From Polyangiales bacterium (GTDB lineage Bacteria > Myxococcota_A > Polyangia > Polyangiales > Houyiibacteriaceae), in the NCBI GenBank assembly GCA_046351215.1, contig JAXLYX010000009.1, forward strand, positions 95,758 to 159,757: a DNA stretch of 64,000 nt, given 5' to 3'. A program made the translations under genes and the position numbers. The notes below the pieces were generated by a model. That model did no database searches, had not been told where the DNA came from, and saw only the letters and a program-made list of their open reading frames with translations. Shown in pieces: positions 18,402-28,000 of this stretch. Numbering within the stretch: the stretch's first letter is position 1; every line of letters begins with the position of its first letter.

Positions 18402-18887
18402 ATGCGCACGAGCGATCCCGGATTCGAGCGGATCGAGGTCGACGGTCAGACCCTCTTCCTGCCCGACGAAGTCACGATCGCGCGCCTGCTCGCGGAGGGG
18501 CGCCTCGAGGGGCGTCCGATCGCGAGCCGCGGGATCTTCGCGCGCTACGTCGCGACGAGCCGACTCTGCCCGGGGCTCCGCGTCGCGCTCGGCGAGGAGC
18601 GCGAGCCGGACAAGCCCTTCATCGTCTACCACGTCGTGGAGACCGCCGACGGACCGTGCCGTGTGCTCGCCGAGGCCCAGGCCTGCTTCCACTGCGGCTT
18701 CCGCGGCGTGACGGCCAACCCCTGCGACTACCAGACGTTCGTCGGCACGGAGGATCCCCTCGCCGGCGTTCGCAGGGCGCGCTCACGGCCGAGCGTGCCC
18801 TGCCCCACCTGCGCCTCGCCCTTCGAGCGGCCCGCGGTGCGCGTCTGGTCGGCGGACGGGGCCGAGGCTCAGACGAGCCCGCGGTAG
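18402..18887 (+). CDS. hypothetical protein with two CxxC pairs (possible zinc ribbon)
   Basis: 161 aa with high GC3. It contains CFHC...C...CPTC. I recognise no family. Confidence 0.6.
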   Translation: MRTSDPGFERIEVDGQTLFLPDEVTIARLLAEGRLEGRPIASRGIFARYVATSRLCPGLRVALGEEREPDKPFIVYHVVETADGPCRVLAEAQACFHCGFRGVTANPCDYQTFVGTEDPLAGVRRARSRPSVPCPTCASPFERPAVRVWSADGAEAQTSPR

Positions 18888-19345
18888 GCGCCCGAGTAAT
18901 AGACGAGCGGCTCCTTGTCCGAGAGGTGCGCCGCGACGACCTCGCCGACGTAGATCGTGTGGCTTCCCTCGGCGTAGGCGCTCTTCACCTTGCACTCGAG
19001 CGCCGCGAGCACGCCGTCGAGCACGGGGGCCCCTCCCTCGCCGATGCGATGGGGAACTCCCTCGAAGCGCGAGCCCTCGGTCTTCGACGAGGAGAAACGG
19101 CCCGAGAGCTCCTGCTGGTCGGCCGCCAGGATGTTCACGCAGAACACGCCGCCCTTCTCGACGAGGGCGTTGGTCTTCGAGGCGCGGTTGCAGCAGACGA
19201 GGACGAGCGGGGGCTCCGCCGAGACGCTCGAGAAGGCCGAGACGGTCATCCCGTGGATCTCGTCCCCCGCCTTGGCGGTGACGATCGTGACGCCGCTGGC
19301 CCAGCGGCGGAGGCTCTGACGGAACGTATCGAGGTCGAGAGGCAT
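18869..19345 (-). CDS. flavin reductase family protein (FMN-binding split barrel)
   Basis: This is the C-terminal 158 aa of track ORF 18869..20914, starting at ATG 19345. Strings include FRQSLRRWASGVTIVTA...HGMTVSAFSSVSAEPPLVLVCCNRASKTNALVEKGGVFCVNILA and HTIYVGEVV. Confidence 0.85.
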   Translation of the reverse strand: MPLDLDTFRQSLRRWASGVTIVTAKAGDEIHGMTVSAFSSVSAEPPLVLVCCNRASKTNALVEKGGVFCVNILAADQQELSGRFSSSKTEGSRFEGVPHRIGEGGAPVLDGVLAALECKVKSAYAEGSHTIYVGEVVAAHLSDKEPLVYYSGAYRGLV

Positions 19346-19492
19346 GGCTCTCCGGTCTCCCTTGGGGGGCGAGCCGAACGGCCGGGCGTGGCCGTCGCGG
19401 CGGGTGCCCGTGTCTTTACCCGGGAGGGCGACCCTGTAAAGGGCGGGCGGCACGTGAAGCGGCCCCGGATCGCTGCTAGGGTGGCCCCCGCC

Positions 19493-20941
19493 ATGGCGGC
19501 ATCCACCTTCGAAACCGCAAGAGACGCCTATTGGAAGGCCGTCGGGCTCGCCGGGCCCCTGCCCGAGCTGCCCGAGGAGCCGTTCGACGCGTTCGTCGAG
19601 CTCCTGCACCTCACCTCCGAGGCCAAGGGGGCGTTCAAGCTCCTCGACCTGGTCGACGATCCCTACCCCGGGCTCGCCGTGGGGGATTCGCGCAAGCCCT
19701 GGCAGCTCCTCTGGGCCGTCCAGCTGGCCGAGCTCGAGCCCTTCCTCCTCCCGAGCGAGCCGGAGCTGCTCTTCCTCGCGGACTCCGTCCCCGATCCGAA
19801 GGGCAAGCACCGGGTCTACACCTACGTCGACGGCGTGCGCGGCATGCTCGAATTCCCGGACGTCGCCCATGCGCTCGCCTGGATGGCGGTGAGGGTGCAG
19901 AGGGCGCGCGACGAGCTCGGGGCGGCAGAGCTCGACCAGGCGACCGACGTCCACGCGGTCCCGCTCGACGATCCGCACGAGGACACCGCGAGCTCGGGCT
20001 TCTTCGTCTTCGAGACGCTGATCGACGCTCCCTTCGCCGAGGCCTGGGACGCCTATTCGCGTGGCGAGTGGCCCGTGATGGACCAGCCGATCGAGCCCTT
20101 CCGCCTGCAGAAGAAGGACGGCTGGCAGCGCCGGCTCTCGCTCTACCTCGTGCAGCGCTTCCTCGAGCGTCGCCTCGTCGACTTCCCGAAGTCGATCAAG
20201 CCGACCGAGCTCCACTCGGCCCATCGCATGCTCGCGAAGCAGCTCGCGGCGTTCGAGGAGTCGATCCACACGGGCCTCGTGCCCGAGGTGATCGACGACG
20301 TCGCCGTCGCTCCCGATCCGGTCCTCGCGAACCTCGCCAAGGCGTGGACCGAGCGTCACGACCGCTGGCGTCGCTCGGTGGATGCCGACGACGTCTCCCT
20401 CGACGAGGAGGCCGCGCCCGCGAAGGCGGCGCCCGCGTCCGAGACGAAGGCGAAGCCGGCGAAGAAGGCCAAGGGCAAGGCGGCGGCCGAGCCCGAGGAG
20501 ACGGCGGAGGCCGGCGGCACGAAGGCGGCCGCGAAGAAAGCCCCCGCGAAGAAGATGCCGGCCAAGAAGGTCGCGGCGAAGAAGCCGAAGGACGACGAGC
20601 TCGACGACGAGCTCGACGACCTCGACGACGACGAGCTCGAGGACGAGCGTCCGGCGCGTCCGGCCGCGCCCGATCCGAACGACACGCCCTTCCTCCGCAA
20701 GCTCCGCGTGGCCCTCACCGAGATCCTCGCGACGATGGAGCGGGACGAGCTGCTCGAGCTCGACGAGGGCAAGCGTCCGGCCCTCCTCGCGGAGCTCGTG
20801 GCCTCGGCGGCCGAGGCCCGCTCGCCCCAACACCTCCTGCGTCAGATCTCGACGACGCTCGTGCACTCCGAGAACATCGAGGAGGTCTACGCGAGCGACG
20901 AGGAGATCGAGCACTACCTGAAGAAGAAGCTCGCGGGCTGA
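19493..20941 (+). CDS. hypothetical protein with a histone-H1-like Lys/Ala tract and an adjacent acidic tract
   Basis: This is the C-terminal 482 aa of track ORF 18656..20941, starting at ATG 19493. The ~300-aa N-terminal domain is unrecognised. It is followed by KAKPAKKAKGKAAA...AAKKAPAKKMPAKKVAAKKPK and then DDELDDELDDLDDDELEDE. A conserved-looking C-terminal helical domain closes the protein. Confidence 0.7.
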   Translation: MAASTFETARDAYWKAVGLAGPLPELPEEPFDAFVELLHLTSEAKGAFKLLDLVDDPYPGLAVGDSRKPWQLLWAVQLAELEPFLLPSEPELLFLADSVPDPKGKHRVYTYVDGVRGMLEFPDVAHALAWMAVRVQRARDELGAAELDQATDVHAVPLDDPHEDTASSGFFVFETLIDAPFAEAWDAYSRGEWPVMDQPIEPFRLQKKDGWQRRLSLYLVQRFLERRLVDFPKSIKPTELHSAHRMLAKQLAAFEESIHTGLVPEVIDDVAVAPDPVLANLAKAWTERHDRWRRSVDADDVSLDEEAAPAKAAPASETKAKPAKKAKGKAAAEPEETAEAGGTKAAAKKAPAKKMPAKKVAAKKPKDDELDDELDDLDDDELEDERPARPAAPDPNDTPFLRKLRVALTEILATMERDELLELDEGKRPALLAELVASAAEARSPQHLLRQISTTLVHSENIEEVYASDEEIEHYLKKKLAG

Positions 20942-20989
20942 GGCGCGCGGAGGGGCCGTCCAGCGACGGCCCCGGGCCCGCGCCGAGCC

Positions 20990-23900
20990 TCAGGGCGCGA
21001 GCCCCGAGGCGCCGAGCGCGAGCTCCTTCACCCGCTGGTCGCGCGTGAGGCGGAGCTCCCGCGTCGTGATGCGCTCGTCGGGTCTCCCGGGGCGTTCGAC
21101 GACGACGAGCTCGGCCACGCTCTCCCGGAGGTCCTCGGTGTCCGGGCGCTCGATGCGGATGCGGTAGGTCCCGTCCTCGCGCTCGCGGATGCGGAACGCG
21201 TCGATGCCGAACGAGGGGCCTTCGACCTCGGCCGAGAGCATGGGCTCGGTCGCCGTCATCGTCGGCGTGGCGTAGCGCAGCACGAGCGCGTCGTCCGGAT
21301 GCCGGAAGACGAGGGCGACCCACGCGTCCGGAGGATCGCGGAGCGCGCCCGTCGCCCGTTCGCGCGCGTGGATCGCGGCCCGGAGGGAGGCGTCGCGCGC
21401 GGCGACCTTCATGCGGGCGAGCTGCACGGACGTGTGGAAGCGAGCGTAGGCCGCCGCGCCCTCGTCGACGTCGGCGTCGCTCTGCTCCGAGAGGCGCTGC
21501 TCGAGGCGGAGGGCCTCGTCCGTGCGCCCCGCGGCCTCCGCCGCCCTCGCGAGCAGGAGGAGCACGGCGGGCTCGTCCGGCACGAGCCGCGCGAGCGTCT
21601 CGTACTCGCGGTAGGCGTCGTCGGCGAGGCCGTGGGCCAGGTAGACGTCGCCGAGGCGTCTCCGCGCCCACGGGTCGAGCGGCGTGCGCTCGACGAGCTC
21701 GCTGACCGCGCGGCGTGCCTCGTCCGGCCGTCCCTGCCGCAGCCAGAATTCGGCGACGCGGGTACGGACGCGTGCGTCGGCGAGGGGATCCTCGCGCAGG
21801 CTCGCCGCCACCCGGCGGGCTTCGGGGAGCTTCCGGGTCTCCTCGAGCAGGCGGAGGAAGCGCAGGCGCAGATCGAAGTCGTCGGGCACGACCTCGAGCC
21901 ACCTCCGCACGAGCGCGAGCTTCGCGTCGGGCGTCGTCGCCTGGTTCCACATCCGCGCGAAGACCGACCACTCGACGCCGGCGTCGAGCCCGAGGCCGTT
22001 GCGCACGAGGATCACGTCCTCGGGCGTCCGGACCGCCCTCAGGATCGCCCGCTTGAGGTAGGCGGACACGACGGGATCGTTGACGAAGGCACGGTAGATC
22101 TCGATCTTCCGCGGCATCTCGCGCACGAAGCCGAGGATCATCGTCGCGAGCGCGCGTCGGGCGCCCCAATCCGGGAGCTCGCAGCGGCGCTCCGCGTCGC
22201 GGAAGACCTCGATGGCACCGTCGGTGCTCCCGCCGTACGCGTCGAGGCGCTCCCGCCACAGGCGCTTGCGGGTCGCGAGGTCGCGCTGGGACGCGCTGCT
22301 GCAGTGTCGCGTGATGCCGAGCTGGCGCGTCGGCACGAAGAACTCGAAGACGTGCGTCACGCGGACCGTGGCGCCGAGCGTCGCGGGGAAGCCGAGGCCA
22401 CGGACCTCGTCGAGGATGCAGGCGTCGACGTCGTCGACCCCGAGCGTCGAGGAGACGAGCATGACCGAGAGCACGCGTCCGTTCCCGTCGACCTGCACGT
22501 CGACCGTCACGCGGCCCTGGAGATCGGGACGCGTCGCGAGACGACGTTCGTAGCAGCCGCTCGGGCCACGCCCTCCGAGCGCGAGCACGCGCCGCACGGC
22601 CGCGAGGGCGAGGCCTCCGTCCCCCGTGCCGCCCGCGGCGGCGAGGACGTCGACGGGATGCGATTCCCACGTCGTCTCCGGGGCCGTCGCGACGAAGGGG
22701 CCGCTCTCGGCGCGCGCGCGCCAGCCGAGCGGCGCGCCGAGCTCGTCGCGCCGGAGACCGGGCCCGCGGCCGCCGACGTCCCACGCCGGCTCGTTCGGAT
22801 CCACGTCGAAGCCGCGCAGGAGCGGCACGGGGACGCTCGGCGTGCCTCCGACGACGCGCATCGTCCACGGCGTGAGCAAGGCGAAGCGGAGGCCGAGCTC
22901 CGCGATCGCCTCGCGGCCCTCGTCGTCGTCGAGGAGCTCGTCGAGCCGCCTCGAGCCCCAGCGACGCGGGATGTCGCCGCCGTCGTCGAGACGGGCCGAC
23001 TCGACCTCGAGGGTCTTCTCGACCGCGCGTCCGTCGCGCAGGCCGCGGATCCGCACGCGCTGCGGGAGCTCGCCCTGGAGGCGCGCCACGAGCCGGAGCG
23101 GCTCTCCCTCGGGCACGACCAGCGTGCCGCGCGGGAAGACTCGCTCCACCGTCGGACCGAGCGCGACCGTGACGCCGCGGAGGGTCGGACGGGCGGCGTC
23201 GGCGAGGAAGCGGAGGACGCGGCCGGTGGCCTCCGTGCGATCGCCGACCACCGACGTCGCCTCGCCGAAGACGGCGCGGAGGAGATCCACGTTGGCGTCC
23301 TCGCCGAGACCGAGGGCGAAGAGGCGGGGCGGAGCCTCGACCGAGTCGAGCGCCGCACGGATGGCGGTCGCCGACATCGCGCCCGTGGTGGGCACTCCAT
23401 CGCCGAGGTAGAGCAGCACGCCACGCGGCTTGCCCGCGACGACGGAAGCGGCGCTCCGCAGGCTCGTGGCGAGGTCGGTGGCGCCGGCGACGTCCATCCG
23501 TGCGACGGCCTCGAGGAGCGTGTCGCGCACCGCGGTCGAGGCGGTGGTCGGGGCCGCGGCCACGCCCTCGGGCGTTCGGCTCGCCACGTCCGAGAAGCGG
23601 AGCGTCACCCGATCCGTCGGGGAGAGGTGCCGGAGCACCGACTCGACGACCGAGCGGGCGAGCTCGAGGTCCTCCGGCTCCGTGCCGCCCGAGGTGTCGA
23701 CGACGAGCACGAGATCGAGGGGGTCCTTGGCCTTCGTGGCCTCGTCCGCGTCGAAGAGGCCGTCGGTCGGCACGTCGAAGAGGACGAAGACGTCCTCGCC
23801 CTCGCCGGTCGCACGCGGCCTCCGCGATTCGTAGGCCGCGACCTTCGTCGGCGAGTCGTCGTCGAAGAGATCGACGACGAAGTCGGCACGTGGGCGCGCG

Positions 23901-25087
23901 TCGCTCTGACGCAGCTCGACCGTCGTCCCGCGGATCGTGGCACCCATCCCGGCCCGCATCGTCTTCGCTCCGGAGTCCTTCGCGTCGACGTGGATGGCGA
24001 GCTCGCCGACGAGGGGAGCTTCGCCCTCGGCGCGCATCGGGAGCGCGTACGAGCGCATCGCGCCGCGGCGGACGAGCCACTCGGTGTAGCGGAGCCGCAC
24101 GCGGACGACGGCGCCCGGGGCGATCGGCTGGATCCGGGCGCGGACACGCCCGGGGCCGTCGTAGACGAGACGGCTCGTCGGGACGGAGACGTCGTCGAGG
24201 AAGACCGGCTGGTACACCTGGTTCTGCACGGGGACGACGGACGAGGGGACGTAGCCCGAGCCCGTGTCGACCTCGAAGCCGTCGACGATCGCGTGCTCGG
24301 GGAGACGCACCGCGTACTCGCCCACCACGTTCTCGCTCGCGCCGTTGAAGAAGGTCTGCTCGACGGTGGTCACGGCCAGGTCGCCGCGGATCGTCGCCGT
24401 GACCTCGTGGCCCCGGATGGCGAGCGGCTCGTAGGCCTCGCCGAGGGCCGAGAAGCCGCGTGCCGCGAGGATGCCGACGTGGGAGACGCTCGGCGTCCGC
24501 CGGGGCGTCGGATCCGCGAGCCCACCGGTCCAGTCGTCGAAGACCTCGGCGGGCTCGACCTTCGGGGCGCCCGGCCCGAGCACGAGCGTCTCGCCCTGCG
24601 CGAACCGATCGCTGCCGCGCGGGCTCCGGTACGTGACCTCGCCGGAGGCGCAATACGCTTCCACGCGTCCACCCGCGAGGCGGACGGAGAGCGTGGCCCC
24701 CTCCGCGACGAGCGAGCCGTTCGGCGTCTCGATCGTCGTCGCGTCCGCATCGGTCGCGTCGACGAAGATGCGTCCCTTCTCGAGCACGAGCGAGGCGAGG
24801 TCCGGCTTCACGACGGTGTCGCGATCGAGGAGCACGACGGCGCCCCGATCGAGGCGGAGGATCGCGCGGGCATCGGCCTCGGTGGAGACGCGCATGCCGC
24901 GTTCGACGCGCACGGGGGCGGCGATCGCGCGGCGGGCGCGATCGTTGCCGACGGAGGCTCCGCCGCGGACGAGCTCGGCTCGACCGACCGTGGGGCCGTG
25001 GGTCTCGCCGCCGCCGAAGAGGTCGCAGCCCTGCGTCGCGGGGGCGAGGAGCGCGAGCGCGAGGAAGAGGACGATCGAGCGGTTCAT
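20990..25087 (-). CDS. giant lipoprotein, paralogue 1: FecR-like / VIT / VWA / TonB-C-like / TPR / DUF2135-like (1365 aa)
   Basis: - Lipobox: LLAPATQGC.
- FecR-like beta region: aa ~35-160.
- VIT: LAIRGHEVTATIRGDLAVTTVEQTFFN..SENVVGEYAVRLPE.
- VWA: LDLVLVVDTSGGTE...LLYLGDGVPT.
- TonB-C/AgmX-like: QGRVTVDVQVDGNGRVLSVMLVSSTLGVDDVDACILDEVRGLGFP.
- TPR-like array: ARRRLGDVYLAHGLADDAYREYETLARL.
- A C-terminal beta domain closes the protein. Confidence 0.85.
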   Translation of the reverse strand: MNRSIVLFLALALLAPATQGCDLFGGGETHGPTVGRAELVRGGASVGNDRARRAIAAPVRVERGMRVSTEADARAILRLDRGAVVLLDRDTVVKPDLASLVLEKGRIFVDATDADATTIETPNGSLVAEGATLSVRLAGGRVEAYCASGEVTYRSPRGSDRFAQGETLVLGPGAPKVEPAEVFDDWTGGLADPTPRRTPSVSHVGILAARGFSALGEAYEPLAIRGHEVTATIRGDLAVTTVEQTFFNGASENVVGEYAVRLPEHAIVDGFEVDTGSGYVPSSVVPVQNQVYQPVFLDDVSVPTSRLVYDGPGRVRARIQPIAPGAVVRVRLRYTEWLVRRGAMRSYALPMRAEGEAPLVGELAIHVDAKDSGAKTMRAGMGATIRGTTVELRQSDARPRADFVVDLFDDDSPTKVAAYESRRPRATGEGEDVFVLFDVPTDGLFDADEATKAKDPLDLVLVVDTSGGTEPEDLELARSVVESVLRHLSPTDRVTLRFSDVASRTPEGVAAAPTTASTAVRDTLLEAVARMDVAGATDLATSLRSAASVVAGKPRGVLLYLGDGVPTTGAMSATAIRAALDSVEAPPRLFALGLGEDANVDLLRAVFGEATSVVGDRTEATGRVLRFLADAARPTLRGVTVALGPTVERVFPRGTLVVPEGEPLRLVARLQGELPQRVRIRGLRDGRAVEKTLEVESARLDDGGDIPRRWGSRRLDELLDDDEGREAIAELGLRFALLTPWTMRVVGGTPSVPVPLLRGFDVDPNEPAWDVGGRGPGLRRDELGAPLGWRARAESGPFVATAPETTWESHPVDVLAAAGGTGDGGLALAAVRRVLALGGRGPSGCYERRLATRPDLQGRVTVDVQVDGNGRVLSVMLVSSTLGVDDVDACILDEVRGLGFPATLGATVRVTHVFEFFVPTRQLGITRHCSSASQRDLATRKRLWRERLDAYGGSTDGAIEVFRDAERRCELPDWGARRALATMILGFVREMPRKIEIYRAFVNDPVVSAYLKRAILRAVRTPEDVILVRNGLGLDAGVEWSVFARMWNQATTPDAKLALVRRWLEVVPDDFDLRLRFLRLLEETRKLPEARRVAASLREDPLADARVRTRVAEFWLRQGRPDEARRAVSELVERTPLDPWARRRLGDVYLAHGLADDAYREYETLARLVPDEPAVLLLLARAAEAAGRTDEALRLEQRLSEQSDADVDEGAAAYARFHTSVQLARMKVAARDASLRAAIHARERATGALRDPPDAWVALVFRHPDDALVLRYATPTMTATEPMLSAEVEGPSFGIDAFRIREREDGTYRIRIERPDTEDLRESVAELVVVERPGRPDERITTRELRLTRDQRVKELALGASGLAP

Positions 25088-28000
25088 CGGCCGGCCTCCG
25101 GCTGCGTGGGGGTGGCGGTCCTTATCGCATCGCCCTCGACCGCGAAGGCGAAGCTCCGATGCGTCGCGTCGAATCGGAGCGGGAAGACGGCGATCCGCTC
25201 GTCGCGTGCGCCCTCGCGCAGCACGACGACCAGCTTCGCGTCGACCGAGCCGAGCGAGTCGTGGGCACCACGTCGCACCTCGAAGCGGTAGGTGCCGGGC
25301 TCCTGCTCGGCGACGTCGAAGGCCTCGAGCCCGAACTCCGGGGCGAGGTCTTCCGGGCGCGTGAGCGAGAGCCCGGGGTGCGAGGCGTAGAGCGCGAGGT
25401 CGGCGTCCGGATGGGCCCAGACGAGCGTGGCGCGGAGCGCGGACGCCTGGCGGAGCATGCCGCCCCGGCGCAGCGCGGCGAGGTAGGCGCGCACGCGTTC
25501 CGCGTCGTTCGCCTCGCGCGCCGTCTTGCGGAGCTCGGCGAGCCGCACCGACGACCAGAGCATCGCGGTCCGGGCCGCGCCCTCGGCGCCGCCGGGCGAG
25601 GCGGTCTCCGCGAGGCGCTGCTCGAGCCGGAGCGCCTCGTCGATGCGTCCCGCGCCGGCGGCCGCCTGCGCGAGCAGGAGGTTCACCGTCGGGTCGTCGG
25701 GGCGGATCGTCGCGAGCGTCTGGTACTGGCGGTACGCGTCGTCGTACCAGCCGTGGGCACGGTAGAGATCCCCGAGCCGGCGTCGCGCGAGCTCGTCGTT
25801 CGGCGCGAATTCGACGATCTCGCTGAAGACGCGGCGCGCCTCGGCCTCGTCGCCGAAGCGGAGGTACATCTCTCCGATCGCGGTCCGCACGCCGGCGTCC
25901 GCGAGGGGATTGCCGCGGAGCTGCTCGGCCACGCGCATCGCCTCGTCCTTGTGTCCCGCGTGCTCGAGCGCCGCGAGCAGCCGGAGCGCGAGGTCGAGGT
26001 CGAAGGAGAAGCGGGCGGCGAGCGCCCGGAGGATGCGGAGCTTCGAGGCCTCGTCGGTGGCGCGCGCGAGCTCGCCCTCGATCAGGGCCGCGTCCGCGGC
26101 GCCGGAGCCGAAGGCGTCACGTGCCGCGCGGAGATCGTCCGGCGTCCGCACGCGCGCCAGGATCGCGCGGCGGAGGTAGAGGCGTGCGCCCGCCTGCGAG
26201 AGCTCGCGGTACACGCCGATCATGCCGGGCACGTCGCCCGCGCGCGTCAGCACGAGGTCGAGGAGCACTCGCCGATCGCGCCAGGTCGGGGTCTCGCAGG
26301 CGCGCGTCGCGCGCTCGAAGACCTGCGCCTGATCGTAGGCGGAGTACGCGTTCGCGAGCCGCTCGCGCCAGAGCCCCTTGCGGGCGTCGAGGAGGAGCGG
26401 AGCCGCGTCGCTGCAGCGTCGCGTGTCGTGGCCGACGACGAGGACGGTCGTCGCGACGATCGCGGCGCTCGTCCCGGACGTCGGCGGAGGTGCGGCGCGT
26501 TCCCGCTCGTCGGCGTAGGGGTTCGCGTCGAGATCGTCGACCGCTCGGCGCGCCTCGCGGGAGCGCGTGGAGCGCATCGGAGCGACGCCTGCGCCCCGGC
26601 CGTAGCCGGAGCCACTCGCGGAGCCGGCGCCGTGGCCGATCGTGCCGATGCTGCCCATGCCGATGGAGTCCTCGCCCGTGCCGCCGCCACCGACGCCGGT
26701 GCCGCGGAGACCGAGGCCCCCGAAGCCCTGCGCGGGCGCGTCCGCGGTGGTCCCGTCCGCGCTCCCCGTCGCGGCGACGGGCGAAGCGGGCGCGGGCTCC
26801 GGCATGGGCGCCGCGGCCTGTGGCTGGTTCACGGCGGCGACGTTCGCCGCGCGATCGGCGGCCGCCTGTGCCTCGCTGCGTGCTTCCTCCGCCTCGGCGG
26901 GAGGCGCGGCCGCGGCCGGCGCGCCCGGCGTCGTCGTGCTCGTCGGTGCGACGGTCGACGGTGGGGCGGACGAGGCCTGGGCCTGCTCGGTCGGGCGCTC
27001 GGGCGCGGCGCTCTCGTTCGAGCAACCGGCGAGGCCGAGCAGACCCGCGAGCGGCCATTCGATCACCGCCGGCAGGCTCCACGGCATCGAGACCCGGGGC
27101 GCCTCCGCGAGCGCGCCGCGCTCGTAGAGCGGCCGTGCGCGAGGTCCGAGCTCCGTGAGCTCCGCGGCGCTCGGCACGTAGAACGAGGTGAACGGCGTGA
27201 TGATGCCGAAGCGCGTGCCGAGGTCGGCGACCTCCACCCGCTGCGCGCCCGAGAGGAGCAGCTGCTCGAGGCGCGCGCTCGCCCAGCGGAGGCGGAGATC
27301 GCCCTCGTCCTCGAGCGACTTCGTCTCGATCGTCACGCGCTGCTCGAAGGGCCGTCCGGCGAAGAGGCCGCGCACCTTCACCGAGCTCGGGACGGAGCCG
27401 CGCACGCGCCCGACGATGGGGAGCACGTCGCCGAGGACGACGTCGCGGGAGCCTCGCGGGTAGAGCCGATCGATACCCGCGCCGAGGTCGACCTCGACGC
27501 GCGAGACGACGGGACGGCTCGCGTGCGCGAAGAGGCGGAGCGCGGCCTCCGCCGCCTCGGCCCGCGTCTCGACGCGCTCGGCGAGGCCCCCTCCACGCAC
27601 GAGCGAGGAGAGCAGCTCGAGGTTCGCGTCCGCGCCGACGGCGAGGGCGTACGCGCGCAGCGGAGCGGGCAGGCGCGCGAGCCGCTCGAGCAGCGTGCCC
27701 GCGCCGAGCTCGCCGACCGTGGGGCTCCCGTCGCCGACGTAGACCACCGCGCCGGGCCGCGCGGGATCGAGGAGCCCCGCAGCCTCGACGAGCATGGCGC
27801 CGAGATCCGTCGCGCCGCCCGAGGGCATTCGCGAGAGGCCGTCGAGCAGGCGCGTGACCCGCTCGCGCGACGCGGGCCCGAGCCGCGCGTCCGACGCGCC
27901 CTGGACCGTGCGGATCGCGAGGTCGCCCGCGACGATCGCGATGCGATCCTCGGGGCGCAGCGTGGTCGAGAGGGCCTCGATCACGGTGCGACCGAGCTCG

